A DNA stretch of 64,000 nt from the human T2T-CHM13v2.0 reference genome, Homo sapiens. The stretch is from the NCBI RefSeq assembly GCF_009914755.1, contig NC_060933.1. The stretch is one strand, 5' to 3'. The position numbers were made by a program, and so were the translations under genes. The first letter of the stretch is position 1, and the number at the start of each line of letters is the position of its first letter. The notes below the pieces were generated by a model. The model was not told the origin of the DNA and searched no databases. It worked only from the letters and a program-made list of their open reading frames with translations. Below, one piece after another: positions 28,241-43,629 of this stretch.

Positions 28241-29192
28241 TAAAGAAATGTGAGTAACTGCTATTTGTCCTTGGTTTTGCACAGGAGATTGACTGAAAAT
28301 TAGTCAGGGAGAGATGGCTCTTTGCTCTTTATGATGTCAAGGCCATTATATTAAGCATCTCCCTACTTCCTTCTTTTGTCCTCTAGTGTGTGTCCATTAG
28401 TTATGGTTTGCTAGGGTAATCTATGGACAGATCATAGACAGTTTTCTGAAAGATACGTCAGCAATGGACATGAGAGCTACTCCTAAAAGCAATGACCATT
28501 GGTACAACTGGACACTTAATTTGATATCCACATGTGCATTTGTGCCTGAGGGCTTAATGAGAATGCCGCAGTGTCTTTCCTCAGCATCTCTGCTAAGTGC
28601 CAATTACAGCATTTATTTCTAATGTGGTTATATCCTGGGTTGTGTTTAAAATATTATTCTACTTTTAACCACTTACTGAGAAAGCTTTTTCCCTCAAATG
28701 TGTCAAAAACTATGTTGAAATGTGTCTGAACATTTGAGGAGAGCAGAGAGGATTTAAGCAAAAGTTGAGAACAAGACTCATTTCCCCAACCTTACCCCAT
28801 GGATGAGGCACTTCTACAAACAATAACTTGTTCACTGTTAACAGTCACTTTATGAGCTGTGTAGCATCACCTCTATTTACACTTGAGGAAACAGAAATAA
28901 AAAGTAAAAGCACTTTTAGAGCTCACAGATATATGCAAAATTTGGGAATTGAACCCACATCATCTGATTCCAAAGTCAATGCTCTCTGCAATATATTCCC
29001 CCACTTTCTGTCCCCAGTCTATACAAATCTGTTTGTTTATCCAAATAGTCTTTGAGACCCTGTTGTTGGCAGGACACTGCAAAGGATATGACTTTGACTT
29101 TGCCTTTTGAGAAGCTCACAGAATGATAGTGTAGGCTGACAAATAATAAGAGAATATTAGGAACAAGAGTACCACAGAGCCACAAAGGAATT

Positions 29193-29700
29193 TGTAGTGG
29201 GCTGTCAGCAAAGATGGTCACTATCAATTTATTCTTCCCTATCTGGGCATGGCACACCTTCCATCAAGATGTCATATCCATTTCCCCTCTCTTTGAATCT
29301 AGGCTGCCCATGTGACTTGTTTTGGCCCATAGGATGGCATGGAAGTGCCATCATGTCAGTTCAGTACCTAGTTCTTAAGAGACCTAAGAACTTCCAGTTT
29401 TACTCTGTTGGAGCCTTGAGCTACTCTGAAAAGAAGTTGAACTACCCTTCTAGAAAGTGAGACTTTGCCATCCTCCAAAGATCCCAGCCTCTCCAGCTGA
29501 GGCACCAGACATGGGATCAAGATATCTTGGATCCTCCAACCCCAGTGGAGTCACCCCCACCTATTACCTCGCAGAGCAGAGATAAGCCAACCCTGCTGAG
29601 CCCTGCTTAAATTCCTGTCACACAGACTAATGAGCAAGAAAATGTTTTTCCTTTAAGCCATCAACTTGGGGATGGCTATTGTATGATAATAAACATCAGA
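29193..29700 (+). mobile_element. MaLR LTR (MLT1G/H-like)
   Basis: 'ctttgaatctaggctg...gtgacttgttttggcc', 'ctgctgagccctgc..aaattcctg'. Confidence 0.75.
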
Positions 29701-30033
29701 GATTTTTAAAAACACCATGGGAATACCTGTAGGAAAGAGAGACTTTTTGGAGTAATCTGAGAGATATTAAAAAAATAATTAGAGTTTGAGTTGAACCTTA
29801 AAGACATGAGTGGGCCCTGAGCAAAAAGTTTCCATGATCCCGCCTCTACCCCTACTGAGAGCACCTGTCCTATCTTAGAAGCAAAACACAACAGATGATA
29901 AGTTACCAAAATATGAGAAAAAGGCTCAATGACCAGAACTGTTGCCTTTGAGATGAGGTAGAATGCCTTCATTCTGCAGCACTCTGAAAGAGACCGCTGA
30001 GGAGCAAACATCTTTATTCCATCTCCATGTTCT

Positions 30034-30442
<409 letters not shown>

Positions 30443-32009
30443 CTCCATCTCCATATTCTAAGAAGTGCCTGCCATTCTTCACTCCCCAGCTCAATGTTCA
30501 TTTGCGGGATTTCCTCTACATTGAAGTCTGTCCCCTATTTTTCTTCAAAGTTCTCCCTCAATCTTACCAAATTCCTGTATTTGTAGCCATAAAAGTCTGC
30601 TAAGATTTTCCCTCTAGTTTCTTAATTTTTATGACTTCTAAAGGAAGCACTTCCCTTTGCCTTTTTCCTAGTAGGTACTCTTAAAATGGGTGTGGAATTA
30701 TATGGCACCCAGCATGCAAATTAATGTGTTACAAAGAAAAAAATTTTTTTTTCTGCAAAGGAAGCAATAAAAGCCAATGACTTTTGCTAAATTTCTTCTC
30801 ACAATTTCTAATGAGTCAACGTGTGCTGAGAAGAAGAAATTAGTCAGAGAAGAATGTATCCTATTATACAGTTCCACTTTTGCAAGGATGAGTCAGACAT
30901 TCCCATGTTGTGGTGTTCTGGCACCTGGCTAAGATGAGTAGGGTTGGGGTGAAAGAGAACCTCTTTCTTGAAAACTTAAAAAAGGAAACACTAGCAGAGA
31001 ATCTTTCAAACAGAGTCCAATTGAGAAAAAAACAAATTATGGCCAGACTGGCTTTATTGCTAGGGGAAAATGTATGACATTGTTTTACCCTACCCAGTAA
31101 ATTATCTCAACTTCTAATGGGTCTGGGCAAAGCTACTGCCCCACTATACCAGGCAAACAGAAGCAAGAAGCATTCAGCATGAAGCTCTCACAGCAGACCA
31201 GACCAGATAAACAATTGTTTTTTCCAGTTTATTCCCCACATGCTTTGTCTGAGAAACTCCTGTGCAAAGCACTTAACTGGAGTAAGAGACCCCAAAATGA
31301 GCAGAGCTCAGCTTTCCATCTAAGGGATTGATAGGTCACTGTAGGAGACAAACATACAGATAATACAATAATGGGAATGAGGGTGGGGTGGGAGGTGGCA
31401 TGAATTCATGGAATGCAGTCTGAGGATTGAATTTGCCAGCCTCAAAATACTTTCAAATTGGAATGAGACATGTTTTGTTGGAGATGCCTTTAGAATGTAA
31501 CTTGAGGGCCAGAAAAAAGAATGGAAGCTACCTTATATTTGGACACCTACATCTATACCAAGCATATTTCCAGAATCAAAAATGGGAACCCATTATCTAA
31601 CATATTATGACTAGAAGAGAAAATCTTTGAAGTATGAGACTGACAGAGGGTTGCAGTAGCCCCAGCACAATGAGGCTGGAAAGCATGTGCACTACAAGGC
31701 TAAGTTAAGGACCCTTGCCAATCTTTGTGCCACTGCACATGGTTGAAAATGCTTTTGATAAGTCCTACCTCTCTGATAATTAATAACATTAGGGCAAGAA
31801 TGACAATGTATTTGAATGGTGCTTTTCTTTTTCAAAATCTCAATTATTTTTTCAAAAAATTGTATTAGGAACTAGAAGGAGAACATATGGGAGGGCACAG
31901 AAGTGGTAAGCAATTATTTTTAAGTTGGATCTATTCAAACCTCACTTCGGCAAGGACCCAACCAGTAAATATCACTGTGGGAACGCTAACATGGAAACTG
32001 GTTTCATCT

Positions 32010-32400
32010 TTGTTTATTTTGTATTTAATAAACATTTATGGGGAAGCTGTGTGCAGGGTATTGTGCCTCCTACAGACCTGCTCATCCATCTGCCTGGTCA
32101 ACCTTTCCGCAGAGATAGATTGCCAGGGCTGCAAATTCAGCAAACGAAACTCATTTGGCCCCCAAACCTGTTCCTCCGCCTGTGTTTCTTATCTCAGAAA
32201 ATTACATCATCATCCTCCCTAATATTCTGGCCTTCACCCTTGAAATCATCTTAAGCCTTCTTGTCCTTTCTCATGGCTCCCCACGTATCACATCAATTGT
32301 CAAATCTGATCATATTGGCTACTCATCCCCTTCTTTTCATTTAATTTTTCTAGTAACTTATTGTGCCATCTGTTTAATCAGCTCTTAAATGATCTCCCCA
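32010..32400. mobile_element. L2 fragments in both orientations
   Basis: Antisense tail 'taaacatttatggg..ctgtgtgcagg' followed by sense L2-like sequence. Confidence 0.45.
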
Positions 32401-32740
32401 TTGTAAAGGGGCAACTCTTGTTTGGCAGCCCATCTTCTAAGTATTTACACTCTGGTAAACCAGTAGCAGTTTAGCTGTTTGGAAGAGAAACTCTTTCTTT
32501 TCTCAAGGATTCAAAGATGAGAGGATGGAAGATCTAGAGTTAATACAGGAGTCTTACAACTGGAGAGCCATGTCTGAATATGGTGCCAGCACAGACAAAG
32601 TACACTTGATCCTAATCCCCTAGTACAAACTCACATATAGTAGGACACCTTTTTTCTTTTCCCCTTCCAAGCTACTATATATATGATGGCTTACTACTCT
32701 GTCATAAAGTTCTAGGCTACACCTCTGATTAAAACCTCTA

Positions 32741-33080
<340 letters not shown>

Positions 33081-33165
33081 CTATCAGGTAAAGAATAACT
33101 TACAAACTAACATTACACAGACTCCCTTTACAATCTAACCTTAGTCTAATTTTCTTCCACCTTCT

Positions 33166-33306
33166 AATTTTTTATTTATTTTTTTCTTTTAAGACAGTGT
33201 CTTGCTATGTTGCCCAGGATGGACTTGAACTCCTGGGCTCAAGGGATCCTCCTGCCTCTGCCTCTGAAGTAGCTGGGACTATAAGCATGTGCTATGGTGC
33301 CTCGCT
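33166..33306 (-). mobile_element. FLAM (Alu monomer)
   Basis: Single ~130-bp monomer; 'cttctaa(t/c)tttt' on both flanks. Confidence 0.85.
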
Positions 33307-33699
33307 TCTAACTTTTAAAAAAGATAGGCTCTTTACTATCATGCCTCTGTAATTTTTTCCTCAGGCTTTTACTGCTTTTTAGAATGTTCTTTCCCCCATA
33401 TTTCTATTTGCTGAATTCCTATTCAAACTGTGAAGACCATCTCAATTGCTATTACTAATATAAAGTCTTCTTTGTTCCAACTCCATGTTCCCAAGCTTGA
33501 CTAATAATTTCCTCTTCCATGTATATAAAATCATTATAGCACTATGTTGAGTTTGTTGGTACTTGTTTGAATGCCTTCCTCTCCCCCTAAATTATGAGTC
33601 TCCTGAGGGGCAAACTACATCTCTTATCAACTTCATACTCCATAGTTGTTCAATATTTGTTAATTAATTAACAAATTAATGAGGTTGTACATTGTACAA

Positions 33700-34700
33700 C
33701 CTCAAGTATTGGTGAGGTTATACAATGATGGGAATATACATTTGCTGCTGGTGGTAGTGTTAATTGGAACACCTGCTTTGGAAAACACTGGCATCACATG
33801 GTAAGGTTAAATATATACAAAACTTATGATCCATTGATTCCATTCTCGGCCATAGATGCCCTAGATGGGCATCAAGATAAAATGTACAAGACTGTTCACA
33901 CCAGCATTGTTTATAACAGCCTAAATACCCCAGATAACATTCAGTAGTAGAATAGATGAACAGATTGTGTTAGACCCATTCAATAGAATACTACTTAGCA
34001 ATGAAAATTAATGAACTATGGGTTTACCCAACCACACAGATAAAATTCACAAATAAAAGGCTGAGTGAAAGAAGCCAGACACGAATACATAGTGCCAGGC
34101 CTCTGAGCCCAAGCTAAGCCCGATGGCATTCCACCACAAAAGAAATTAAAATGGCCTGTTCCTGCCTTAACTGATGACATTATCTTGTGAAATTCCTTCT
34201 CCTGGCTCATCCTGGCTCAACAGCTCCCCCACTGAGCACCTTGTGACCCCCACTCCTGCTCGACAGAGAACAACCCCCCGCTTTGACTGTAATTTTCCTG
34301 TACCTACCCAAATCCTATAAAATGACCCCACTCCCTTCGCTGACTCTCTTTTCGGACTCAGCCCGCCTGCACCCAGGTGATTAAAAGCTTTATTGCTCAC
34401 ACAAAGCCTGTTTGGTTGTCGCTTCACATGGACACGCATGAAACATAGTGTCTGATTTCATTCCAAAACTGGTAAAATTAAATCATACTGTTTGTGGATT
34501 CATATTTGGATGATAAAGTTAAAAGTTAGCAAGAGAGTGATTACTACACGTCAGACTAATGGTTACCCTGGGGAAGGAGGAAATTGCAGACTGGAAAGGG
34601 TATAACATGAACCTCTGGGGGCTGGCAAAGGATTATTTCTTGACTGGGATAGTGGTTATATGTGTGTTTGCTTTAAAATATTTGGTTAAACTTAAAAAAA
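33700..34700 (+). mobile_element. Old L1 (L1ME-like) 3' fragment interrupted by LTR7
   Basis: 'gttcacaccagcattgtttataacagc', 'gaatactacttagcaatgaaaa', 'gctgagtgaaagaagccagacac'. Confidence 0.75.
34093..34443 (+). mobile_element. Solo HERV-H LTR (LTR7 family), internally deleted, 5-bp TSD CATAG
   Basis: 'tg(c)caggcctctgagcccaagctaagcc', 'ccttaactgatgacatt', 'cctataaaa', 'ggactcagcccgcctgcacccaggtgattaaaa', end 'catgaaa'; CATAG at 34088-34092 and 34444-34448. Confidence 0.95.
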
Positions 34701-34701
34701 A

Positions 34702-34984
<283 letters not shown>

Positions 34985-36447
34985 AGGTTAAACTTTAAAT
35001 ATAGCACTTCTCTGCATGTCAGTGAATGTTCACTATGAATAATGATTTTTTTTAAAAGACCCAGAGAGAGAGAAAAAGAGAGAGGGAAAGAGAGAGAGAA
35101 TGAAAAGAGAGGAATTGGGGGCAACATTAAGTATATTCTGTCCTCTTGTCTTTGGGTCACACTCAAGATACAACATCCCAGGAGACAGCATCCTACTGGG
35201 TGAGACTACTCCATGTGCCTATAATTGTACCAGTGCAGAGAGAGGGAGCATATTAGCCATAGTTTGGGGCCTCCCGAGGCAGGTCAAGTAAAAGGAAGGG
35301 GGATCTGGATGCCAGAAGGGCCCAAGCAACAATATCCTATAGAAGTTCTAGAACCTTCAGGGTTTTTTCACCTGTTAAATGAAGGGTAACATTCATGTCC
35401 TCATTGTCTCATCTTAGTGAGACAGAAGACCTAAAATTTCTCTGAAAATCAGAAAACTCTGCATAAAACATGGAAGGCTTCATTCATAATAGTAACCCAG
35501 AGAGGCCAGCCAAAGATGTGCTACGTTATATTTTATGGTAAGCCCATGAGAGAGCTAACCCCATTTCTAGAAACAAGGGCATGTTGTGGCCAAGTTGGAA
35601 GAACACACTGACTGGAAAATAACTGTGAAAACAAGCAAGGAATTTCAAAAAGCTCACTTCATTCTTTCAGTCCCTCCTTAGCACAGAACAATGAAGCCAC
35701 AGGCTGGTGAGTTTTGGCAACTTTGCCACAGGCCAAACCACAGGAGCACATTGCCTTATGGTGGTGGTTGTTTTGAAAGTTGGAACCAGTTCTAATATTC
35801 ATTTCAAAGAGATTTTAGGGCTTTTGCTTGTTTTGCTCTTTCTTTCAACAAGAAAATCAGAGAACAACAAAATTCCACAAATTCTTTCATATAAATTATT
35901 TACCAGCTTCTTATGCTGGTAAATATAAATTAACCTTTCTTATGCTACAATCATCTAGTACAAATGCACTTCCTAGAAGCAAAAGAGAAAGAAATTGAAT
36001 TCCTGTAGTCACAACTTTGTTATAGGCATGTTCCTGTAGATGGGGGGAGAGTGTAAGCTTCTCTTTCCATGTGTTCTATTAAAAGGCAAAGGATAACATT
36101 GATTCGGTAGCCCTCAAATGAGATCAAGATTTGTTTGTAACATTTAAGAAGTTCTTACTTGCTTCAAATTTTCTTTATTTCCACTTCACTCTTTTTGTTC
36201 TCTTGTCTTGGGTAAATTACTCAACCTGGCAGTATGAAAGAATTAGCACCAAGACAAGGTCACTACTCCATTTAGAATAAATGCAATGAGGAAAAATATA
36301 AAAAGTTGGCAGTTTATGAGGCTTATGTTTTTCAGATTGTATCACAGCACACATGTTACAATTTTCCAACAAATATTATTTCCCATTGTGCAAACAGATG
36401 CAGTATAAGCATGGAATAATATAACAACCTTTAAATGATGACAAGTA

Positions 36448-36526
36448 TTAGGTTGGCACAAAAGTAATTGTGGTTTTTGTCTTCCTTTCAATGGCAAAAA
36501 CCACAATTACTTTTGCACTGACCTAA
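36448..36526. mobile_element. MADE1 (Hsmar1-derived mariner MITE) with TA TSD
   Basis: ta|ttaggttggcacaaaagtaattgtggtttttg...caaaaaccacaattacttttgcactgacctaa|ta; near-perfect palindrome. Confidence 0.95.
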
Positions 36527-38176
36527 TATTATAGGAAAAATATAGATGTGTTGCAGTGCTGTGGGTTAGTTAGCTTTTAAATTTTTTAAAACAATTGTTT
36601 GCTAGTATTATAAAATATATGCACATTGAGGAATCTGAAAAAAAAAAAAAACAACACAGTAAAAGAGAAAAGTACATATGAGAATAAAAAATCACTCCTA
36701 ATCCTAGTACCCAGATAACCACTTAATATTATCGTATACTTTGCCTCCATAATATTTATTATTTTCTATTTTGAATTATGGTCATTTGTCTTAACATATT
36801 TTATTAAAAGTTTCAAAATATGCCTAAATAAAGCATGTTAAATTTGGACACATTAACTCATTCCATTATAAAACTCATAGTTCTAAAAATAAAGTCTCCA
36901 GTCTAGTTTATTTCAATAACAAATCAATCAGACTATACTCCTCCTCCTCCTCAATTTCTCATTGTACTCAGTCTCAGCTAGTGAGTTCTCCTTTTTGGCC
37001 CAGTAGGATCAGATCTTCATCAGACACTATCCTGGTATGTCTCTGTCTTTCGCTGGAAAAGGCAAAGCTCTCCAATACCTCCCAATTTTCAAGCCCTCTG
37101 GATTCATGTGTTCAGAAAATGAAGGCCAGTCCCCAGTCATTCCAGCAATTAACCAAAACAAACAGCCTCCCACACCAGCATCCCTGTTGTCAGTCTGGAT
37201 TCTAGCAGACACTTCATGCCATCTGGGGAAACGAAGGTAGAGCAGTTGCAATTATTTCCCCCCATTATACTGTGTGCCTTTTAATCTGGTTAATATTATT
37301 GGTGGAAGCAGAGAGTTTTTGTTTGTTTGTTTTTAAGGTATATATAAGTAAATCTATAGATATTTTCCTCTGTAATTTATTCATTGCTTAAGGTTTTTCT
37401 TATTTAATGTTTGCACAAGTTAGAAAATGCATGTCAGAGGTGTTGCTAGCCATAACCCAGCCCAGTTCTTTCCAACTACTCAATCTGGCATGCTCATCAC
37501 CACCAATGTAGGAATCCAGTCTTCCCAAGCCCTCACACACAATTTCTGAGCTGAAAAATATCTTGGATATTGTAGACAGGGGGTGTCATATCAAGTAGTG
37601 GGTCAGGAACAGGCAAAACTCCCGATGGTCAGATAACTGGGGAGGATCAGAGCGGCCAGCTTCCCACCCAGAGAATCTGCTGGCATGAGGCTCCATGTTT
37701 AGGTAACAGGGGATGCCACTCTATGGGTCTGGGCACTTGTTTGGGAAATAGTGGGCTCTCCTAGGCATTTGAATAGTGTCCCTGCGAGTGGCCGTTCTCC
37801 AGGTCCACTTGGCTTCCCCCATTTTTGGGGCTGCCTACTCCCAGAGTCATGGGAATCTGTCAAGGACTTTCCTGCTTGCTCCTTCTTACCGGGTCCCTCA
37901 TTTCCCAATTCTCATCTCACATTCGGAGCATTATTCACTATGCTCATTATTCACTATGCTCATATGCCGATTATTTCACTATGATTGAAGCAGAATCACC
38001 TGCAACAAGAAAACCCTAGGGCTTCATCTTTATCCTCCTTTGCGGGAAGGCATTTGTAAGCCAGCCTCTGGGCTGTGCTGTTCCTGCCTCTCAATTTTTG
38101 CCTTTGAATGTTACAAATAAGAAAAAAGAAGAAAAACAAAGTAGGGTTTTCTTTTTCACATTAAAATACGTTTTAA

Positions 38177-38509
<333 letters not shown>

Positions 38510-39735
38510 TAAAAAAGAAAGAAAACTCACCTATACAGTGGAGCTGCATATATGTAGGATTTGTTTCTAAAGTCAACTCACAAAATATTTTAAATCTATT
38601 AAACATTGAACACACCAGAATTTGAAATTCATTTTGCAGAATAAACGAAGGAATTTAAGAATAACCCATATGCAGTTGTCTAGTCGTTCCAACTATTCTG
38701 CCTTTAAAATAACAATGAAATCTCTAGCAGTAAATTGAGGAAGGGGTAGAAAATTCTACAGTGTTTTCTGCTTCCCTTCAGAGTTCATTCTTCTCTATTT
38801 TCATACTAAACCAAAACCTCAGTCCATGTTAAGAGATGTGTTTGTTGCTCCAAAAATTAAATGCGATAGTGGAGTGGTCATTTACCGGGAGTTAAATTAT
38901 CAAATAAACAAGTAAACAAAATATATATGTCTCAATAGATAGATAGATATAGTCTACTGTAATTCTACTAACAGAATATAACCACTGTTAATATACTGAT
39001 GTTTCTCTTCTACATTTTTAAACATACATGCACATATCTATGTCTACACCTAGAAATACACACACACATTGTATATATTGCAATGAACCTCTTGTAGCTA
39101 AATACTTTCACACTTCTGAATTAGTTTTCAGATTCTTTGTATTTGTAATATGTATGATCTCTTTGGACAAACCAACACATTAATTTTTTTGTGATAAAAC
39201 TTAAAAAATTTTTAATTTATGGCATTTTATTTTGTGCACTGTTTTAAAAAATACTTTTTGAGCTCCAAAATAAATATTAACCTGTGCTCTTTTATTAATT
39301 TATTGTATCATGTGTTTTTAAAAATCCATAGCCCTGCTAAGATATTGTGATGTAAGGTATGTGATAGGGAACCAAACATTCCCCCCCAAAATGTTAGATG
39401 GTTTTGTCATACTAATCTGTTTTTTCTCCATTATTTGAAATGCTTCTTACATTATAAATTAAATTCTTATTCTATTCTTAGAGATTTGTGACATTCCAGT
39501 TATCTGTTGATTCCTGCACCAGGATCATATTGCTTCAACTGTTAGAGTTTTGAAAAATATTTTCTTATCTAGAAACTCTAGTATTTCCCATGTAAATATT
39601 TTTCCCTAGTTGTAAGCATCTTAACAACAGAAACTGTGTCATTTAAATATTATATTTATTGAGCTGTACATGCGCCTGACACAATATTAGCCAATAAAAA
39701 TACGTTTATATGTGTAGCATTTTGGTTTTCAAAGC

Positions 39736-39927
39736 TTTCTTTTTTTGGTTTTTCTTTTTTTCTTTTTTTTTTTGTTTTTTGAGATGGAGTCTCACTCTGT
39801 CCCCCCAGGCTGGAGTGCAGTGGCACAGTCTCGGCTCACTGCAACCTCCACTCCTGGGTTCACGCCGTTCTCCTGCCTCAGCCTCCCGAGTAGCTGGGAC
39901 TACAGGCTCCCGCCACCACGCCCGGCT

Positions 39928-39958
<31 letters not shown>

Positions 39959-40074
39959 GTAGAGACAGGGTTTCACCGTGTTAACCAGGATGGTCTCGAT
40001 CTCCTGACCTAGTGATCTGCCTGCCTCGGCCTCCCAAAGTGCTGGGATTACAGGCGTGAGCCATTGCGCCCAGC
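39736..40074 (-). mobile_element. AluY with expanded middle A-tract
   Basis: Y-diagnostic 'gggttcacgcc' and 'caccgtgtta.ccaggatggtctcgatctcc'; TSD aaagctttcttt; T28 at 39930-39957. Confidence 0.95.
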
Positions 40075-40465
40075 CCTAAAGCTTTCTTTATGTACTTTTT
40101 TAAATGAGTTCTTCACATCCCAATTCCATTACCAGTGTAATACAGGTTAGACTAACTGGTGAAAAGCTCCTTTATGCCTCAAATACCAATACATAGTAGG
40201 TCCTCAGAGAATTCTCATTGGTTGGTTCACATTGCCTTTTGTCCTAAAGTAGGACAAGCTGAAAAACAATGAGAACCACTATTTATAGCCAGTGATTGAA
40301 CATTTTGATGAAGGGAAGTGTAAAATAAAGTTCCACTTTAAGCTTTCATAAAATTTGAAACTTCCTAATTAAGACAGCTAGGTCTATTATCTTGGACTAT
40401 GACTGCCTGAACAAATGCACACTGAGTATGTTGTCTATGAAGTAACACCAAAGTAATGTGGTGAG

Positions 40466-40932
40466 TGTATTAGCTTCCTATAGCCACTGTAACAAATTAG
40501 TGATGACCACCAATTGTGGCTTAAAACAACACATACTTATTCTCTTACAGCTCTGGAGATCAGAAGCCCAGGGCCATGCACACTGCTGAAGCTCTAATCC
40601 ATTTCCTTCTCTTCCTTCCGTTCTCTAGAGCCACATTCTTTGCATTTCTTAGCACCTGGCCTCTTCGTCCATCCTCAAAGCCAGCGGTGTAGTATCTTGC
40701 TTCCATCATCACATTGGCTTCTTCTTTTATAGTCAAATCTCCTTCTGCTTCCCTCTTGTAAAAACACTTGTGATTTCATTAAGAGCCCACCTCAGATAAT
40801 CTAGCATAATCTCCTTATCTCAACAATCTTTAATTTACATCTGCAAAGTCCTTTTTGCCTATAAGGTAACATTCATGTTTTCCAGAGTTTGGAACCTGGA
40901 TACCTTGAGGGGCCATTATTCAGCCTACCACA
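40466..40932 (-). mobile_element. MaLR solo LTR (MLT1C/D-like)
   Basis: 'tgtattagcttcct...ggcttaaaacaaca...ggccattattcagcctaccaca'; flanks gtgag/gtgaa. Confidence 0.88.
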
Positions 40933-41480
40933 GTGAATAATCCCAAACCCTCGGAGCCATGGTTTCAATTAATGAGCCAGGAGAATGTGTTTCTCTCCCA
41001 TGGAGGCATCTCCATCTAGGGAGATGTTGCTTCTTCATTCACTCATAGAATAGGGTATGAGCAGGTGCTGAGGTTACAAAAATTGATATACTCTCTGCCT
41101 TCAAGTGGCTCCACAGTTTTTGCTCTTGTTATTTAAAAGTAAACTATATATCAGAGGCAGTGGAATCCGTTGGTGTGTTATTTATACAGATATTCCAAGT
41201 CTTTCAGCCTTGAAGACTTTTTCTTTCCTATTATTCTTATCCATCTAAGCCCTGCTTTCTTAATCCATTCTAGTTGTTGGAGAATAATAACACACAAACA
41301 TACATATATACACACACACACCCTTAACCAAATAAATACGCACATAAAATATTTATTAAGAAGGGCTATTTTTTAAGTATGGTAAAGGAAATGGAAAGTG
41401 GCAGAGCAGAGATATTGGTACTATTTCATATAGGGTGGTCAGAGAAGGCCTCACTGATCAGATTGCATTTCAACAGGCCA

Positions 41481-41797
<317 letters not shown>

Positions 41798-42029
41798 TCA
41801 ACAAAGGCCAGAAGGACAAAGGAGCAAGTCAGATGGCCGGCTAAAGAAGGAGTATTCTAGGCCAGGGAATTAGCTTATGCAAAGGCCCTGGTGCTTCAAT
41901 GTGTTCCTGTGTTTAAGGAATAGTATAGAAGTCAACGTAGCTTCACCCTTCCAAATATCCAACAACAATTCTTTCTTCCAGGTTCTCTTCCTCTCCCTTC
42001 ATGTTCCAGTCACTTAAGTCATTTATATG

Positions 42030-42605
42030 TGAAAGGGACCAGGATATCATACCCCCAAATATGCAACTTTGGCATATTGATTATTTTTACTCAAGACAGT
42101 TAGAATGAACACATAAAGGAAAAGTTTTCTGCCTGGAAGCAAGGCCTAAGTTTCCCTTTTTGAAGGTAGCATGAATACTCCTGCTTTTTCTGTACCACAA
42201 TGAGGAGAGCGACCCTCATCCCCAGAGGTGGAGAGTCAGCACTGAGTAGAGTGTCCATAAACAGATCTTCCTAAAATAACCCTTACCTTTCATTAGTTCT
42301 CGCAATATATTTCCTAGTCACTTTCCCACAATTTATTGGCCCTAGAAACCCAACCCCCTTTTCCTTTGTCTAGTTACTTTTCCACAATTTATCACCCTTT
42401 GTAAAAATGGTATACAAGCCCCTAAGTCTAACCACTTCTTTGGATTTTTACTTCTGTTTTGTGAAGCCCCTGTTTATGCAAACATATTAACATCGATAAA
42501 GAGTGTAGGCCTTTTCTTCTATTATTCTGTCTTTTGTCAGTTTAATTCACAGACCCTAGGAACTGAACCTAAGAGAGTAACAGAAAAGCATTTTTCTCCT
42601 CTACA
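42030..42605 (+). mobile_element. ERV1 solo LTR (MER34/MER39-like)
   Basis: TG..CA termini; 'ccccaaatatgcaactttggcata', 'ttttgtcagtttaatt', 'tttttctcctctaca'; flanks tatg/catg. Confidence 0.8.
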
Positions 42606-43629
42606 CATGCCATTGTTATTACTTTTTGAGTTATTTACTATTAATTACCTGTTGTTTATAAAGTTACATTATAACCACAGCAACAAATTTAATTCCCTTC
42701 AACAAATGGGTGAACTGAAGCAGGAAGAGGTTAAAGCAAGGCTGAGCTGAGATTTGAATTTAGGTAGCTTGCTTCTAGAGCCTGTCCACACTACATCTTT
42801 GCCTGTCATTTCCACTGTTATCCGAGCTTTTGTCTTTCCCTAGCATGTTCTCCTCTACCCATAGGACTATCCTTAAGATGCAGTTTGTGTTGTTCCTCTA
42901 AATTACTCTCTTGAGATTTTCTCCTGACTCCCACCTCTGCTTTCTCTGCAGCCTCATGGCATTCAGTTTTGTTCATTATATTTAGGCGGCTGTTTGTCTT
43001 TTAGGACCATGTGTGATAGTCTTATCACCCCATACTTTCCCTAACACTAGGGCCATGTCTCATATTTCCACTAGCATCCAAGGGGCAGGCACACAAACTG
43101 CTCGGGAAATAATTGTGGACTAATTATGACTTTTCTTCAATTCAAAGATACACTCTTTTTTACATTTAACACTCTGAAATCAGTCATTCAATTGATGGTG
43201 CATCAGAATTAATTGGCAGGTTTTTTTTTTCTTTTTTAGCAGCCTCATAGATTAGATAAAATATAGTAATTAACAATCTTGATCCTGAACCTTCATTTGG
43301 TGACTTGGTGTTATGAGAGTTTATTCAGCATAGTGGAGTGGGGAGGAAGTTATCTTGCTCTTTCCTGACCATGCTGGTCCTGTAGCAGAAAGCAGTACTA
43401 CTCAACATACACTCAGTAAAATTCCATTTATTAGATTATTTCTTTCACTTCTGAAATAAAGGAAGAAAAATCACTTATAGAAACTGATGGCGAGAAACTC
43501 AGGACTTTGTTAAATATTCAAGACCTACATTACAGACTGTAAAAAGAGGAGCCCACTGCCCAATGGAGAATGTTTTTGAAGTCCACAGATAATATCGTCT
43601 ACAATTTATTTTCTCTGCTGAAAAAAGAA

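Noticed and set aside
37560-37900. GC-richer segment possibly an LTR16-like relic or an exon
   Set aside because: I could not match termini or family motifs confidently, and the short ORFs have no recognisable homology.
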